A stretch of DNA of 64,000 nucleotides from Dehalococcoidia bacterium (GTDB lineage Bacteria; Chloroflexota; Dehalococcoidia; Bin125): NCBI GenBank assembly GCA_965237475.1, contig OZ250140.1:2597877-2661876 (forward strand), in the 5' to 3' direction. The first letter of the stretch is position 1; every line of letters starts with the position of its first letter. The notes beneath the pieces are model-generated. The model saw only the letters and a list, made by a program, of their open reading frames with translations. It had not been told where the DNA came from and did no database searches. A program made the translations under genes and the position numbers. Of the stretch, positions 19,705 to 28,948 are shown piece by piece.

Positions 19705-20246
19705 GCGGGGGACTCGCCTTCCTGGGCTTCGACCTGTTCCGGCGTGCGGTGGGTGCAGAGCGTGTTGCGCCCAATCGCCACCAGCTCGCGGTGCTGATTC
19801 GTGATTCGTTGCTCCGTCTCGATCCAGACCGACCGCGGGTCGAGCCGGATCGACTTCTCATAGACGTCGATGATCGACATCTGCACCGACAGGTGGTCGC
19901 CGACCCGAGCAGGCTGGAGGTACTCCCATTCGGTGTTCAGATTGATCATCCGGTCGCCGCGGGTCGGGATATCGACCATCAGCCGCATCGGATCGGCGGT
20001 GCTCGGCCAGACTCCGGCGCCCGCGAAATAGCGCGTCATCACCGGCGGAGCGATCACGGCGCCCCACCTGGTCGTCTTGGCGTATTCGGGGTCGAGGAAC
20101 AGCGGGTTGGCGTCCTCGACCATGTGGCAGTGCCGCCGGATGGCGTCGTACTCGACCGGGTAGCGCCCGCGCACGACAGCGGTCTTGCGCCCGATCCACT
20201 CGGAGCGGACTGCGTCGATGTCGTAGGGCACGGTCACACGCACCAT
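19701..20246 (-). CDS. MaoC N-terminal-like / FAS1-like dehydratase hot-dog protein; partner of the downstream MaoC gene (HadA/HadB- or ChsH1/ChsH2-like pair)
   Basis: 4-bp overlap with 19243..19704; hot-dog fold sequence features; start trimmed to MVRVTV. Confidence 0.5.
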   Translation of the reverse strand: MVRVTVPYDIDAVRSEWIGRKTAVVRGRYPVEYDAIRRHCHMVEDANPLFLDPEYAKTTRWGAVIAPPVMTRYFAGAGVWPSTADPMRLMVDIPTRGDRMINLNTEWEYLQPARVGDHLSVQMSIIDVYEKSIRLDPRSVWIETEQRITNQHRELVAIGRNTLCTHRTPEQVEAQEGESPA

Positions 20247-20462
20247 GGGTGGTCCCCAAGCCTTCGCTGAGCGAGGCGAGGGTAGCACTGGCCAAGCGTT
20301 GTGGGCGCGGCCGTTGGGGTTCTGCCCCTGAGGAGCGCTTTGGGAGGGGGATTCCGCAGCACACTCAATGTGTGCTGCGGGGGCCGAAGGGCTCGGGGCG
20401 GGACGCTGCCTCGCGCGGCAACCAGCTCGCGTGGGCGGCTGTCAGAAGTTTTCTCATGGCCT

Positions 20463-21839
20463 TTAGTTCTCCCGATGATCCTGGAACGAGCGGCGCCAGC
20501 TGACAGATGCAGCGATTTGCTCAAGTAGCGAAGCCGGCGAGGCTTTACCCTGACAGTCGTACACACAGCCGGTGTAGTGGCTGCGCTCGGACTCATAGTC
20601 GCGATGCGTGTCGAGGAATATCCAGACATCGTGATCCGTCGCGTCGTGCAAGCTGTACCCAACCCTGTCCCGGTCCCAGACGTGGATATGGCTCATGACG
20701 TAGTTGTGGTCCCCGTCGAATGTCGTGAGGACCGTGATCGAGTGCCCTGGAGGTACGTCAAATGCAGTGAAGGTGTCGTGCATAGTAAGATCATGACGCA
20801 TCCAGTAGGCGCCGGGCGCGAGGTTCGCGTATGATGGTGGTCCCCACATGCTCAGGACCGTTGGCGGCGGACAGTTGGGCAGATCGAGCGTTTCGAGGTC
20901 ATGATCCTCAACGTCGAGCAGCGCCGGCGGGACGCAGCCGGTGAGCGTATTGCCGCCGAGCCTGATCAGGTTCAGGTTGGTGAGGGATTCCAACTTCGTC
21001 GGAATCATGCCGGACAATGAGTTGCGGTCCAGCCGCAACTCGGTGAGTTCGCTGAGGTCACCCAGCCAACCCCAGATTTCACCGGTCAGACCGCGTTGTG
21101 CGAGATCGAGACCGGTCACTCGCATGGGTGTGCCGCCCAGCGTGACCCCTTGCCAATCGGCCGTGGGTCGGTCGACTGTCCAATCCAGGTCAGGCCCATC
21201 GCCCTCCAGCACGTCGCGCAGGGCGAGCAAGTACTCGCGATCGGCTAACAGGCCCGGATTGGATGGCGGTACGGCGATCTCGACATCTCCGTAGCGATAG
21301 GACCCTGTCGATGAGAGCCCGTCGTCGAGCAGCACCTGGACCATGCCCAGCGGCCGCCAAGTCATGCGCAAGGTCGGGCTGAAGTTGGGCGGATCGGGGT
21401 CAACATCGTGAACCTGAAGGAAGATAAGGCTGGGGTCGAGCGCCCGCTGCAGCACCCGCAGACCGATCCCGGCAATAAACACACCGCTCATCCTGTGTTG
21501 CGCGGGATGGAAGCCTGGCCAGCCATACGTTACCGTTACACCGCTTCTGCGAAAGACACCGGGATACGGATCCGGAACGTCGTAATACGGGTGGCTAATG
21601 CCGTAGTCGGGCAAACGGAACGTGCCCAGTTCGTCCCAGCGTGCGCCTGCCTGACGCGCGCTCAGCCACAGCTCCTGCGGGTCCGTCACTCGTTGCCAGA
21701 TGCGAAGTTGAAGGACGACCGTGTCAGTCTCGCCAGCTTCGGCGCCCGCCGCCGGCTGGGCCGAGGCGTGCCCCGCCAGGAGCGCGACGAGCAGAGTGGT
21801 CGCGATGGCCAGCGCTACCAGTGTGGCCGAGCGCCTCAC
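20463..21839 (-). CDS. Secreted leucine-rich-repeat protein (signal peptide, then LRRs with an N-cap WQGVTLGG...RVTGLDL and C-cap LDLPNC)
   Basis: N-terminal MRRSATLVALAIATTLLVALLAGHASA; LxxLxLxxNxLSG repeats; paralog of 22365..23696. Confidence 0.7.
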   Translation of the reverse strand: MRRSATLVALAIATTLLVALLAGHASAQPAAGAEAGETDTVVLQLRIWQRVTDPQELWLSARQAGARWDELGTFRLPDYGISHPYYDVPDPYPGVFRRSGVTVTYGWPGFHPAQHRMSGVFIAGIGLRVLQRALDPSLIFLQVHDVDPDPPNFSPTLRMTWRPLGMVQVLLDDGLSSTGSYRYGDVEIAVPPSNPGLLADREYLLALRDVLEGDGPDLDWTVDRPTADWQGVTLGGTPMRVTGLDLAQRGLTGEIWGWLGDLSELTELRLDRNSLSGMIPTKLESLTNLNLIRLGGNTLTGCVPPALLDVEDHDLETLDLPNCPPPTVLSMWGPPSYANLAPGAYWMRHDLTMHDTFTAFDVPPGHSITVLTTFDGDHNYVMSHIHVWDRDRVGYSLHDATDHDVWIFLDTHRDYESERSHYTGCVYDCQGKASPASLLEQIAASVSWRRSFQDHREN

Positions 21840-22142
21840 GGGCTTGTGTCCATCCAGATCGACTCGGCGAGGCGATCAAACAGGGACGCGACGTTGGTTG
21901 TTGCCGTCTGGCTGGCTGACACGATCTTAGGGTAGCATTCCTTGGCCGCCTCGAGGTCGAGGCGAATCCAGGCGTTGTGGGCGGCGTGGTTGGGGTTCTC
22001 CCGCTCAGGCGCTTCGCGTCAGCTCCCCCGCGCGGGGAGCGCTTTGGGAGGGGATTCCGCAGCACACTCAATGTGTGCTGCGGGGGGGAGCCATCAGAGG
22101 TCGCGGCTGTCAGAAGTTTCCTCACGGCAGTTATTCCTCCCA

Positions 22143-22270
22143 ATGGTGGCCGCGTGAGCGGTTCCAGCTGACAGATGCAGCGAGTTGATCAAGCAGCGAA
22201 GCGGGCGATGCCTCGGCTTGACAGTCGTACACATAGCCGGTGTAGTGGCGACGCTCGGCCTCAGCGGTCG
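22143..22270 (-). pseudogene. C-terminal remnant of a third LRR-family paralog
   Basis: Reverse-strand translation ERRHYTGYVYDCQAEASPASLLDQLAASVSWNR... matches the C-terminus HYTGCVYDCQGKASPASLLEQIAASVSWRR of 20463..21839; homology is lost upstream. Confidence 0.6.
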
Positions 22271-22364
22271 AAGGGTGCCGAGGAATCCTTGAGGACGAAC
22301 AGAAGCGCGCCGACTGATGCGAAGCACGCCGCTAAGACCAAGAGATGGAGGAGCTTTGATTTGT

Positions 22365-23696
22365 TCATGGCCATTCGAAATAACTCTGGTAGGTCTGTTT
22401 GTCTACCGTGGCGACGGTCGTCCACGCGGAGGCCGCGAGCTTTTCGATCCAGGCGGCCGGTGAGTATCCGCCGCGGCAGTCATAGATGCAGCCGGTGTAG
22501 TGACCGCGTTCGCGCTCGAGGGCGGTGTCCCAATCCCAAAACACGTATGCACTATGGTCGAACGGGTTGCGAACGGCGAGGCCCATGGCCATTCCACAAT
22601 CCGCAGATTCGAATATGTCCACGAGGTCTCCATCCAGTTCGCAAGTCGGGCCGCTCGGTTCGGGTCCGTACTGCGCGACGCTCAGGCGGGCCCATGGCCG
22701 GTCGATGACGATGACCATGTAGTCCTCAAGGTCGCTGTCGGACCATGCGATGCTATTTACATAGTGAGGGGCGGTCCCTGGCGGTTCGCCTAGATCCATC
22801 AGCACGGCGCATTCCTCCAGACCTGTGTCCGCCAGATCGTGCTGTGCCACTGACCACAGACCCGGTGGAGCACAGCCGCTCAACTCGTTGCCGCCCAGCC
22901 GCAGCATCGTCAGTTGTTTCAGCAACTGCATCTTCGTAGGGACGGTGCCGCTCAGTTGATTGCCATTCAGCTGCAATCCCTTCAGCTCCGACAGGTCCCC
23001 CAGATATCCCCAGATCTCACCCGCAAGATTGCGCTCCGTGAGGTCCAGGCCGGTGACGCGCGGCGGTGTTCCGGACAACGTGATGCCCTCCCACATTGCC
23101 GTCGGTGTGCCGACGCTCCAGTTCAGCGGCGGACGAGCGTCGAACACGTCCCGCAGCGCCAACAGATGCTCGCGGTCGCGCAGCAGCTCTGGGTTGCCGC
23201 GCGGTACGGTGATGCGCAGATCGCCGTAGCGCATGCGAGTCGCCTCGTCAGCTCCGTGGTCTAGTGGCAACCGTGTCTTTCCGAGCGGACGAAACGGATC
23301 TATATCGGTGATCCCGCGCCCGCTGAGGCAGGCTGAGGCACATGCCGCGACGTAGACGCGCTCCGGCGCAACGTCCTGTTGAACGATCCGCAGTCCTACG
23401 CCAGCCACGGAGACGTTGCCGTACCAGTGCCGCGACTGATCGTTCACCGCGTCCGACAACTGGTCGTTGATCAGCGGGACCCGCTCGAGCGCTTCCTCCG
23501 GATACCCGGGTACTTGCGCGCTCACCCACAACGACTCTGGCTCGTCAACGTCTTGCCACACCCGCAGATCGACGGTGACCGAGTCGAGCTGGAGGTCGCC
23601 CGGAGAGGTACATGCCGAGACCCCAGAGACGATCGCGACTAGAAGCGCGGCTGACGTGATCGGCCACCGTGCGAACGTGCGACGCTGGTTGCTCAC
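22365..23696 (-). CDS. Secreted leucine-rich-repeat protein, paralog of 20463..21839
   Basis: Same architecture (WEGITLSGTPPRVTGLDL...LSGTVP...LEEC); probable GTG start. Confidence 0.7.
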   Translation of the reverse strand: MSNQRRTFARWPITSAALLVAIVSGVSACTSPGDLQLDSVTVDLRVWQDVDEPESLWVSAQVPGYPEEALERVPLINDQLSDAVNDQSRHWYGNVSVAGVGLRIVQQDVAPERVYVAACASACLSGRGITDIDPFRPLGKTRLPLDHGADEATRMRYGDLRITVPRGNPELLRDREHLLALRDVFDARPPLNWSVGTPTAMWEGITLSGTPPRVTGLDLTERNLAGEIWGYLGDLSELKGLQLNGNQLSGTVPTKMQLLKQLTMLRLGGNELSGCAPPGLWSVAQHDLADTGLEECAVLMDLGEPPGTAPHYVNSIAWSDSDLEDYMVIVIDRPWARLSVAQYGPEPSGPTCELDGDLVDIFESADCGMAMGLAVRNPFDHSAYVFWDWDTALERERGHYTGCIYDCRGGYSPAAWIEKLAASAWTTVATVDKQTYQSYFEWP

Positions 23697-23963
23697 GGTG
23701 AGGCGTCCATCCAGATCGATTCGGCGAGTCGGTCGAAGAGGGCTGCGATGTCAGCTGTTCCCGTCTGGCTGGTTGACACGATCTTAGGGCAGCAATCCTC
23801 GGTCGCCTCGAGGTCGAGGCGAATCCAGGCGTTGTGGGCGGCGTGGTTGGGGTTCTCCCCCTCAGGCGCTTCGCGCCAGCGGAGCCTTTCGGGAGGGGAT
23901 TCCGCAGCACACTTAATGTGTGCTGCGGGAGGGAGCCTTTTGGGAGGGGATTCCGCAGCACAC

Positions 23964-24827
23964 TTAGTGTGTGCTGCGGGGGCCGAAGGGCTCGGGGCGG
24001 AAGGGGTCGTCGCGGGCGCGGAGGAAGGCGCCGAAGCCGCCGTCGCGGCGGGCTTGGTCGAGATGCTCGACCTCGGGGCCGTCGGCGGAGGCTTCGACGA
24101 TGGTCGAGAGCAGGGAGCCGACGTTGAGCGCGTTGCGCAGGCCCATCGCCTCGAGGCCGCGCGCGGTGATCAGCTTGTTGTAGCGAATCGAGTCGGAGGG
24201 GACACGCGCAAGCCGCTCGGCCAGCGCGTGGGACCGGTCCATGAGGTCCTCGGCGGGCGCGATCTCGTTGATCACGCCGATTCGCAGCGCCTCCTCGGCG
24301 TCGAAATGGTCGCCCGTCAGCGCGTAGCGATGCGCGACCTTCCAGCCGGCGAGAATCGCGAACAGCACCGACGAGTTCGAGACCATCCGCACCTCGGGCT
24401 GGGCGAACACGGCGCGATCGGACGCGATCGTGATGTCGGAGGCGAGCGCGTACCAGAACCCGCCGCCGATGCACCAGCCGTTGACCGCGGCGATAATCGG
24501 GGTCTCCAGGGTCATCAGGTGCATCATCATGTCGGGGTTGCGGGAGGAGAAGTGGTGCCAGCGGCGCAGGTGGGCGGAGACGGGCGTGCGCGGGCCGCCG
24601 ACGGCGCTGTCGATGCCGCCATCGATGTTGTAGCCGGAGGAGAAGGCGCGGCCGGCGCCGGTCACGATGATCGCGCGCGCCGAGGGGTCGGCGTTGGCCT
24701 CGTCGAGCGCGAGGTGGAACTCATCCTCGAGGGCCGGGGTGATCGCGTTTAGCGTCTCGGGGCGGTTCCAGGTGATGGTCACCACCGGCCCGTCCTGCTG
24801 GTAGAGCACGTTTTCGTAGTCGGGCAT
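23964..24827 (-). CDS. Enoyl-CoA hydratase/isomerase (crotonase) family
   Basis: ITWNRPETLNAI...IIVTGAGRAFSSGYNI oxyanion-hole motifs. Confidence 0.75.
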   Translation of the reverse strand: MPDYENVLYQQDGPVVTITWNRPETLNAITPALEDEFHLALDEANADPSARAIIVTGAGRAFSSGYNIDGGIDSAVGGPRTPVSAHLRRWHHFSSRNPDMMMHLMTLETPIIAAVNGWCIGGGFWYALASDITIASDRAVFAQPEVRMVSNSSVLFAILAGWKVAHRYALTGDHFDAEEALRIGVINEIAPAEDLMDRSHALAERLARVPSDSIRYNKLITARGLEAMGLRNALNVGSLLSTIVEASADGPEVEHLDQARRDGGFGAFLRARDDPFRPEPFGPRSTH

Positions 24828-24906
24828 GGTTTCGCTCCTTCTGCGCTGCACCAAGGTAGGCCAGATGGGGTAGGGCAGATGGGGTCTTGCGGGCGGTGGG
24901 GCCGGC

Positions 24907-25020
24907 GGGCGCTTAGGAGCCGTCGTCGGCGGGTGCGGCGGGGATCATTGCGTCGAAGAGCGCGGACAGCTCGGGGTGTCCCTCGGGGATGTGTCGGGCG
25001 AGTTCGGAGCCGTCGCGGCG
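24907..25020 (-). pseudogene. Short 3'-terminal remnant of a giant-protein paralog
   Basis: Roughly 85% nucleotide identity to 10690-10800; encodes ...SELARHIPEGHPELSALFDAMIPAAPADDGS*, matching the giant protein's C-terminus ...SELARHIPEGNTDLPALFDAMTPAAPADDGS. Confidence 0.6.
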
Positions 25021-25338
25021 GCGAGGATCAAATGCGACCTTCTTTGCTGGTCAGCGATCGAGATGCTGGCCGCCTCGATGGAACGGCACTCCGGCGCCGC
25101 GAAGACCAACCAGACATGGTCTGCCAGCAGACTGAGCGCGAGCTGATGTGGCCGCAAACTCAGCGTCCCTCCAGGGCGCGGATTCGCACGATCTGGTTGG
25201 TGGAAGTACGTTTCACCACCAACCGACCAGTTGGCGACGCGCCCACCCCCAGTCGGCACGTTGCGCGTCACGCCACCGAACAAGCCGCGAAGCGCCGCCA
25301 CTACCGCGCACACCGCGCGTTTGCCTCAGGCATACAGG

Positions 25339-26835
25339 TCACTCAACCTTGTATTCGACGCGATATGTCCCGTCCCCAGCGCACCCAATCTGGTTTTCAA
25401 CAAGCCACTGCGCATTTTCCTCCGCCACCGTTCTTGCCGGAGCAGGTCCCAGCACGAACGGACTCAACCCCGTCACGCAAGTGACGGTCGCGACCCATCC
25501 CGGCTGTTCGCTTGTTGCCCTGACCCCTGACTGACCACCTGTATGGCCCGATCTCGCCGCTGGAATGTTCACTCTCCAATCAAAGGCCACGGTCGCCCAA
25601 ATGCCGTAGGCATGTCCGTTCCGGAGTATAAACCGAGTGTTCAGAAACTCGGGCGCGTCTTTGGCATATATGCGCCAAACCATGTTTGCGACATCATACC
25701 ACACTGCATGACTGATCCTGTCCTCGTTATCGATCGCAATGTCGACCCGCGTCGCGAAACCGGGCCATATTATGTCGGTCAGTTCTCCTGCCTCCAAGCT
25801 GATTGTGGTAGTCTGGATGGAGATGACGACGGGGGTAACGGGCGCTCTCGGCGTTCCATACGCAGGATTACTTGGCCCGCCATGAACCGGGCCGCGAACG
25901 ACACGCAGTTCGATCACGTATTCCTGATCATTGGTCAGAGTCTCGATATCGAAGGTCTCTGCTTGTAGGTTAGGCAAGTCCATCTCCCGCCAATCCCCGC
26001 CATCGAGCCGATGTTGGTACCTGTCGCCCCTCCGCACTATTAGTGGCTTTTCCCAAGTGATACGCAGGCTCTCGTTCGTGGCCGTCGCCTGTAGCGCGGT
26101 TGGTTTTTTGGGAACGCCGTAATAGGCTACGAGAAAATCGGTCAAGTCGGTGTCCGTCAGGCGCGGCAGATTGCCCCCGGCAGTTACCGTGCAAGCATCG
26201 GTGATGGTATCGGTGTTCATCAGGGCGACGTGGTCCAGCTCCAAGTTTCCGCCGGGATCGTGGACAACCGGTGTGTACCCGCAATGATAATGCGACAAGC
26301 CCAGGACGTGCCCCAACTCATGGCCAAGGTCACGAACTAACTGACGATTGGTAGCGCTATCAGTGCTGGGTGTGTAATAGCTGGCAACGACATGAATGAA
26401 GGCCTTGCGCGTATACGTCTGCAGAGTCGGGTTGTAATGTGTGTGTTGTGCGCACAGCAGACCTGCCGCGGAACACGGGTTGATCGCAGGTCTTGACACC
26501 TCGACACTTGCAAGCTTGTCAGTGGATTCGGCGGTGCATTCGTCTCTATCGCTTTGGAAGACGAACAGGGGGGCATCGGTGTACGCTGCAGTCGCATCGT
26601 TCCAGATCCTGATGGCCTCCTCGGTCGCCAGGGGAAAGCCTGCGGAACAAGTGGGGATGCTCTCTGCGAGTTCGACGTTTCTGACTGTAATACTCGGGTG
26701 CAAGAGATAGGGACTTCGGTGTTCGTCTGTGTGACCCGACTTCGTGGTGGTGGCGTCGAGCAGGATTCCCAGCGCGAGCATCAGTAGGATTAGGGCCACT
26801 GCTTTCGCACTTGCGATGTGGTGGCGGGGTGTCAT
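25339..26835 (-). CDS. Secreted zinc metalloprotease of the metzincin clan (HELGHVLGLSH) with a C-terminal FN3/Ig-like region
   Basis: HExxHxxGxxH motif; N-terminal signal/TM; start overlaps the stop of 26832..28895 by 4 bp, so the two are probably co-transcribed. Confidence 0.7.
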   Translation of the reverse strand: MTPRHHIASAKAVALILLMLALGILLDATTTKSGHTDEHRSPYLLHPSITVRNVELAESIPTCSAGFPLATEEAIRIWNDATAAYTDAPLFVFQSDRDECTAESTDKLASVEVSRPAINPCSAAGLLCAQHTHYNPTLQTYTRKAFIHVVASYYTPSTDSATNRQLVRDLGHELGHVLGLSHYHCGYTPVVHDPGGNLELDHVALMNTDTITDACTVTAGGNLPRLTDTDLTDFLVAYYGVPKKPTALQATATNESLRITWEKPLIVRRGDRYQHRLDGGDWREMDLPNLQAETFDIETLTNDQEYVIELRVVRGPVHGGPSNPAYGTPRAPVTPVVISIQTTTISLEAGELTDIIWPGFATRVDIAIDNEDRISHAVWYDVANMVWRIYAKDAPEFLNTRFILRNGHAYGIWATVAFDWRVNIPAARSGHTGGQSGVRATSEQPGWVATVTCVTGLSPFVLGPAPARTVAEENAQWLVENQIGCAGDGTYRVEYKVE

Positions 26836-28895
26836 GGCGTTTGGCCTTCGACGCTCGCGGATGCGGCAATGTAGTCGAACACATCCTCGATAGTCACGCC
26901 GTCAGCAGTCCGGGCGTTGGACCCTATATGCCTGGAAGATACTGTTCCGTCCCCGATTTCGAGGCAGAGAAAAGCTTCATCGGCGGTAGCGGCCAAGCAG
27001 AGGGACATTCCGTTGTAGTTGACGATCGTTCCGCCCCACTCAAGGTGATGAGCGGTAGTAGGAATAGAGAAGGCCAGGTGCGGATTTCCACCTGGTCTGG
27101 TCGAGAATTGATAGCGTCCCGGTGCGAATGGTAGGCCGCTGAGGGCATCGTCCACGGGCGCCGGTGCGGTAGGCGAAGGGGGATTGGTGACCGTGAAGCG
27201 AAGGGTAACGACAATGTCGCCGAGTTGCGGTTTTAGTCCGGGCCGGAGCGGCGGCTTCGCCGCTCGGAGGTCGAAGGTGAGTTCCGATGCCGCGCCTTCA
27301 AATTCAGTCGGCGTGAAGGTGTAGGTCGTGCCGACTGGAGGGATCAGTCGCTCGTAGGTGGTGGGCGAGGGACGCGCGAGGGGCGTCCGTTGCAGGTAGA
27401 AGCGGGTGTAGCCCGCCGGCAGCCGGGCGGCCGTCACGACGGTGACCTGCTGACCGCGCTCGACCTGGTAGCGGCCGTTTGAGTCGGGCTGGATGAGGAG
27501 CGAGTCGGGGATGTCCTGGACCTGGGCGTAGTCGTCCGGGGCGCCTTTGTAGACGGCGCGGATGCAGTCTGCATCGGTCGCCGTGGCGCAGCGGTCCGTT
27601 GGCAGCGGCGTGAATGCCGCTGTGACGGTCTTGTCGGGGTACATCTCCAGGACGCAGGTGGTGGCCGTGCCGGCGCAGTCGCCGCCCCAGCCCCCGAAGC
27701 TGTGCGTCGCATCGTTCCAGCTCGCCGTCAACGTCACTTCGGAGTCTTCTTCGTGGGTGGTCGCGCCGGCCGGGTCGACGCTGCCGCCGGCCCCTGCGGT
27801 GGCGGTCAGGGTGTAGGTCGGCAGCGGGGTCTCGGGCGTCGCCGGTGCGTCCGCGGCGCAGTCGGGCAGGTTCAAGTGCCCCAGGTCATTGGTCCGCACC
27901 CGCCGCAAGCGCGGCGGCACGCAGCCGCTGATCCCGCTGTTGCCCTTCACATACAGCCGGCTCAACTCACGCAAGTTCGTCAACTGCTGCGGCAGCGAAC
28001 CCGTCAAGCGGTTGTGCTCCAGGCGCAGATTGTCGAGTTGCGTCAGGTTGCCCAACTGGGTCGGAAGCGGACCCGAGAGCTGGTTGCGCGCCAGATGCAG
28101 CCAGCTCAGGTTCACGAGCCGGCCCAGGCGCGTCGGGATCGAGCCGGTCAGCCGATTGCCGTCCAGGTAGAGGTCCGCGAGGCCGGTGAGGTTGCCCAGC
28201 TGCGGCGGGATCGAACCGGTCAGCCCGACCCCCTCCGGCAGCGGCCGCGGTCCGCTCAGGATCAGGTCGGTCAGCTGCGGGCCGATCGCGCCCAGCTCGG
28301 GCGGGATCGGGCCGGTCAGCCGGTTGCCGGCGAGGTTGAGATCGGTCAGCCGGGTGAGCTGTCCCAGTTCCGCCGGGATCGAACCGGTGAGCCGGTTGCG
28401 CCAGGCCAACTGCAACTCAGTCAGCCCGGTCAGCCCGCCCAAGGCGGGCGGGATCGTGCCGTCAATGCCCGCCCGATCCAGGTTCAGCACCGTCACTCGC
28501 TGGACGCCGTCCACCGTGCCGACCGTGATGCCGGTCCACTGATTGAGCTGGCGCTCGGCGCTCCAGTTGAGCGTGGCCGTGCCGCGCAATGTGTCCTTGG
28601 CCGCCAGCAGCACGGCGCAGTCTGCGACCAGGTCGGGGTTGTCGGTTGGGCTCGGTACGACGGTGCCGTTCGCGCAGGGCTCCGTCGCCGACGCGGGCTG
28701 GGGGCCAAGGCCCGAGGTCAGGAGGATCGTCGCCACGAGCGCAGCGATCATCAGGAGGAGCGCCGTGGAGGCCGCGTAGCGCTTCCAGCTGGGGGTCGCT
28801 GCCTGTCCGCCTGCGTCCTCGGCGCGCCGCGCCCTCGTCAGCCGGGCGCGCAGCGCCGCCAAGCCAGCCAGAATCGCGCGCGTGACTTCAGACAT
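26832..28895 (-). CDS. Secreted LRR + InlB-B-repeat-like + DRC-domain protein; its N-terminal ~420 aa are a near-copy of the giant protein's N-terminus
   Basis: Nucleotide segment 27820-28900 is roughly 90% identical to 17000-18080; C-terminal ...DVFDYIAASASVEGQTP. Confidence 0.75.
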   Translation of the reverse strand: MSEVTRAILAGLAALRARLTRARRAEDAGGQAATPSWKRYAASTALLLMIAALVATILLTSGLGPQPASATEPCANGTVVPSPTDNPDLVADCAVLLAAKDTLRGTATLNWSAERQLNQWTGITVGTVDGVQRVTVLNLDRAGIDGTIPPALGGLTGLTELQLAWRNRLTGSIPAELGQLTRLTDLNLAGNRLTGPIPPELGAIGPQLTDLILSGPRPLPEGVGLTGSIPPQLGNLTGLADLYLDGNRLTGSIPTRLGRLVNLSWLHLARNQLSGPLPTQLGNLTQLDNLRLEHNRLTGSLPQQLTNLRELSRLYVKGNSGISGCVPPRLRRVRTNDLGHLNLPDCAADAPATPETPLPTYTLTATAGAGGSVDPAGATTHEEDSEVTLTASWNDATHSFGGWGGDCAGTATTCVLEMYPDKTVTAAFTPLPTDRCATATDADCIRAVYKGAPDDYAQVQDIPDSLLIQPDSNGRYQVERGQQVTVVTAARLPAGYTRFYLQRTPLARPSPTTYERLIPPVGTTYTFTPTEFEGAASELTFDLRAAKPPLRPGLKPQLGDIVVTLRFTVTNPPSPTAPAPVDDALSGLPFAPGRYQFSTRPGGNPHLAFSIPTTAHHLEWGGTIVNYNGMSLCLAATADEAFLCLEIGDGTVSSRHIGSNARTADGVTIEDVFDYIAASASVEGQTP

Positions 28896-28948
28896 CGCTC
28901 CACCTCTCACCGCACTACGCTGCCCCGACCTCGGGAGGGGAGCCTAGC

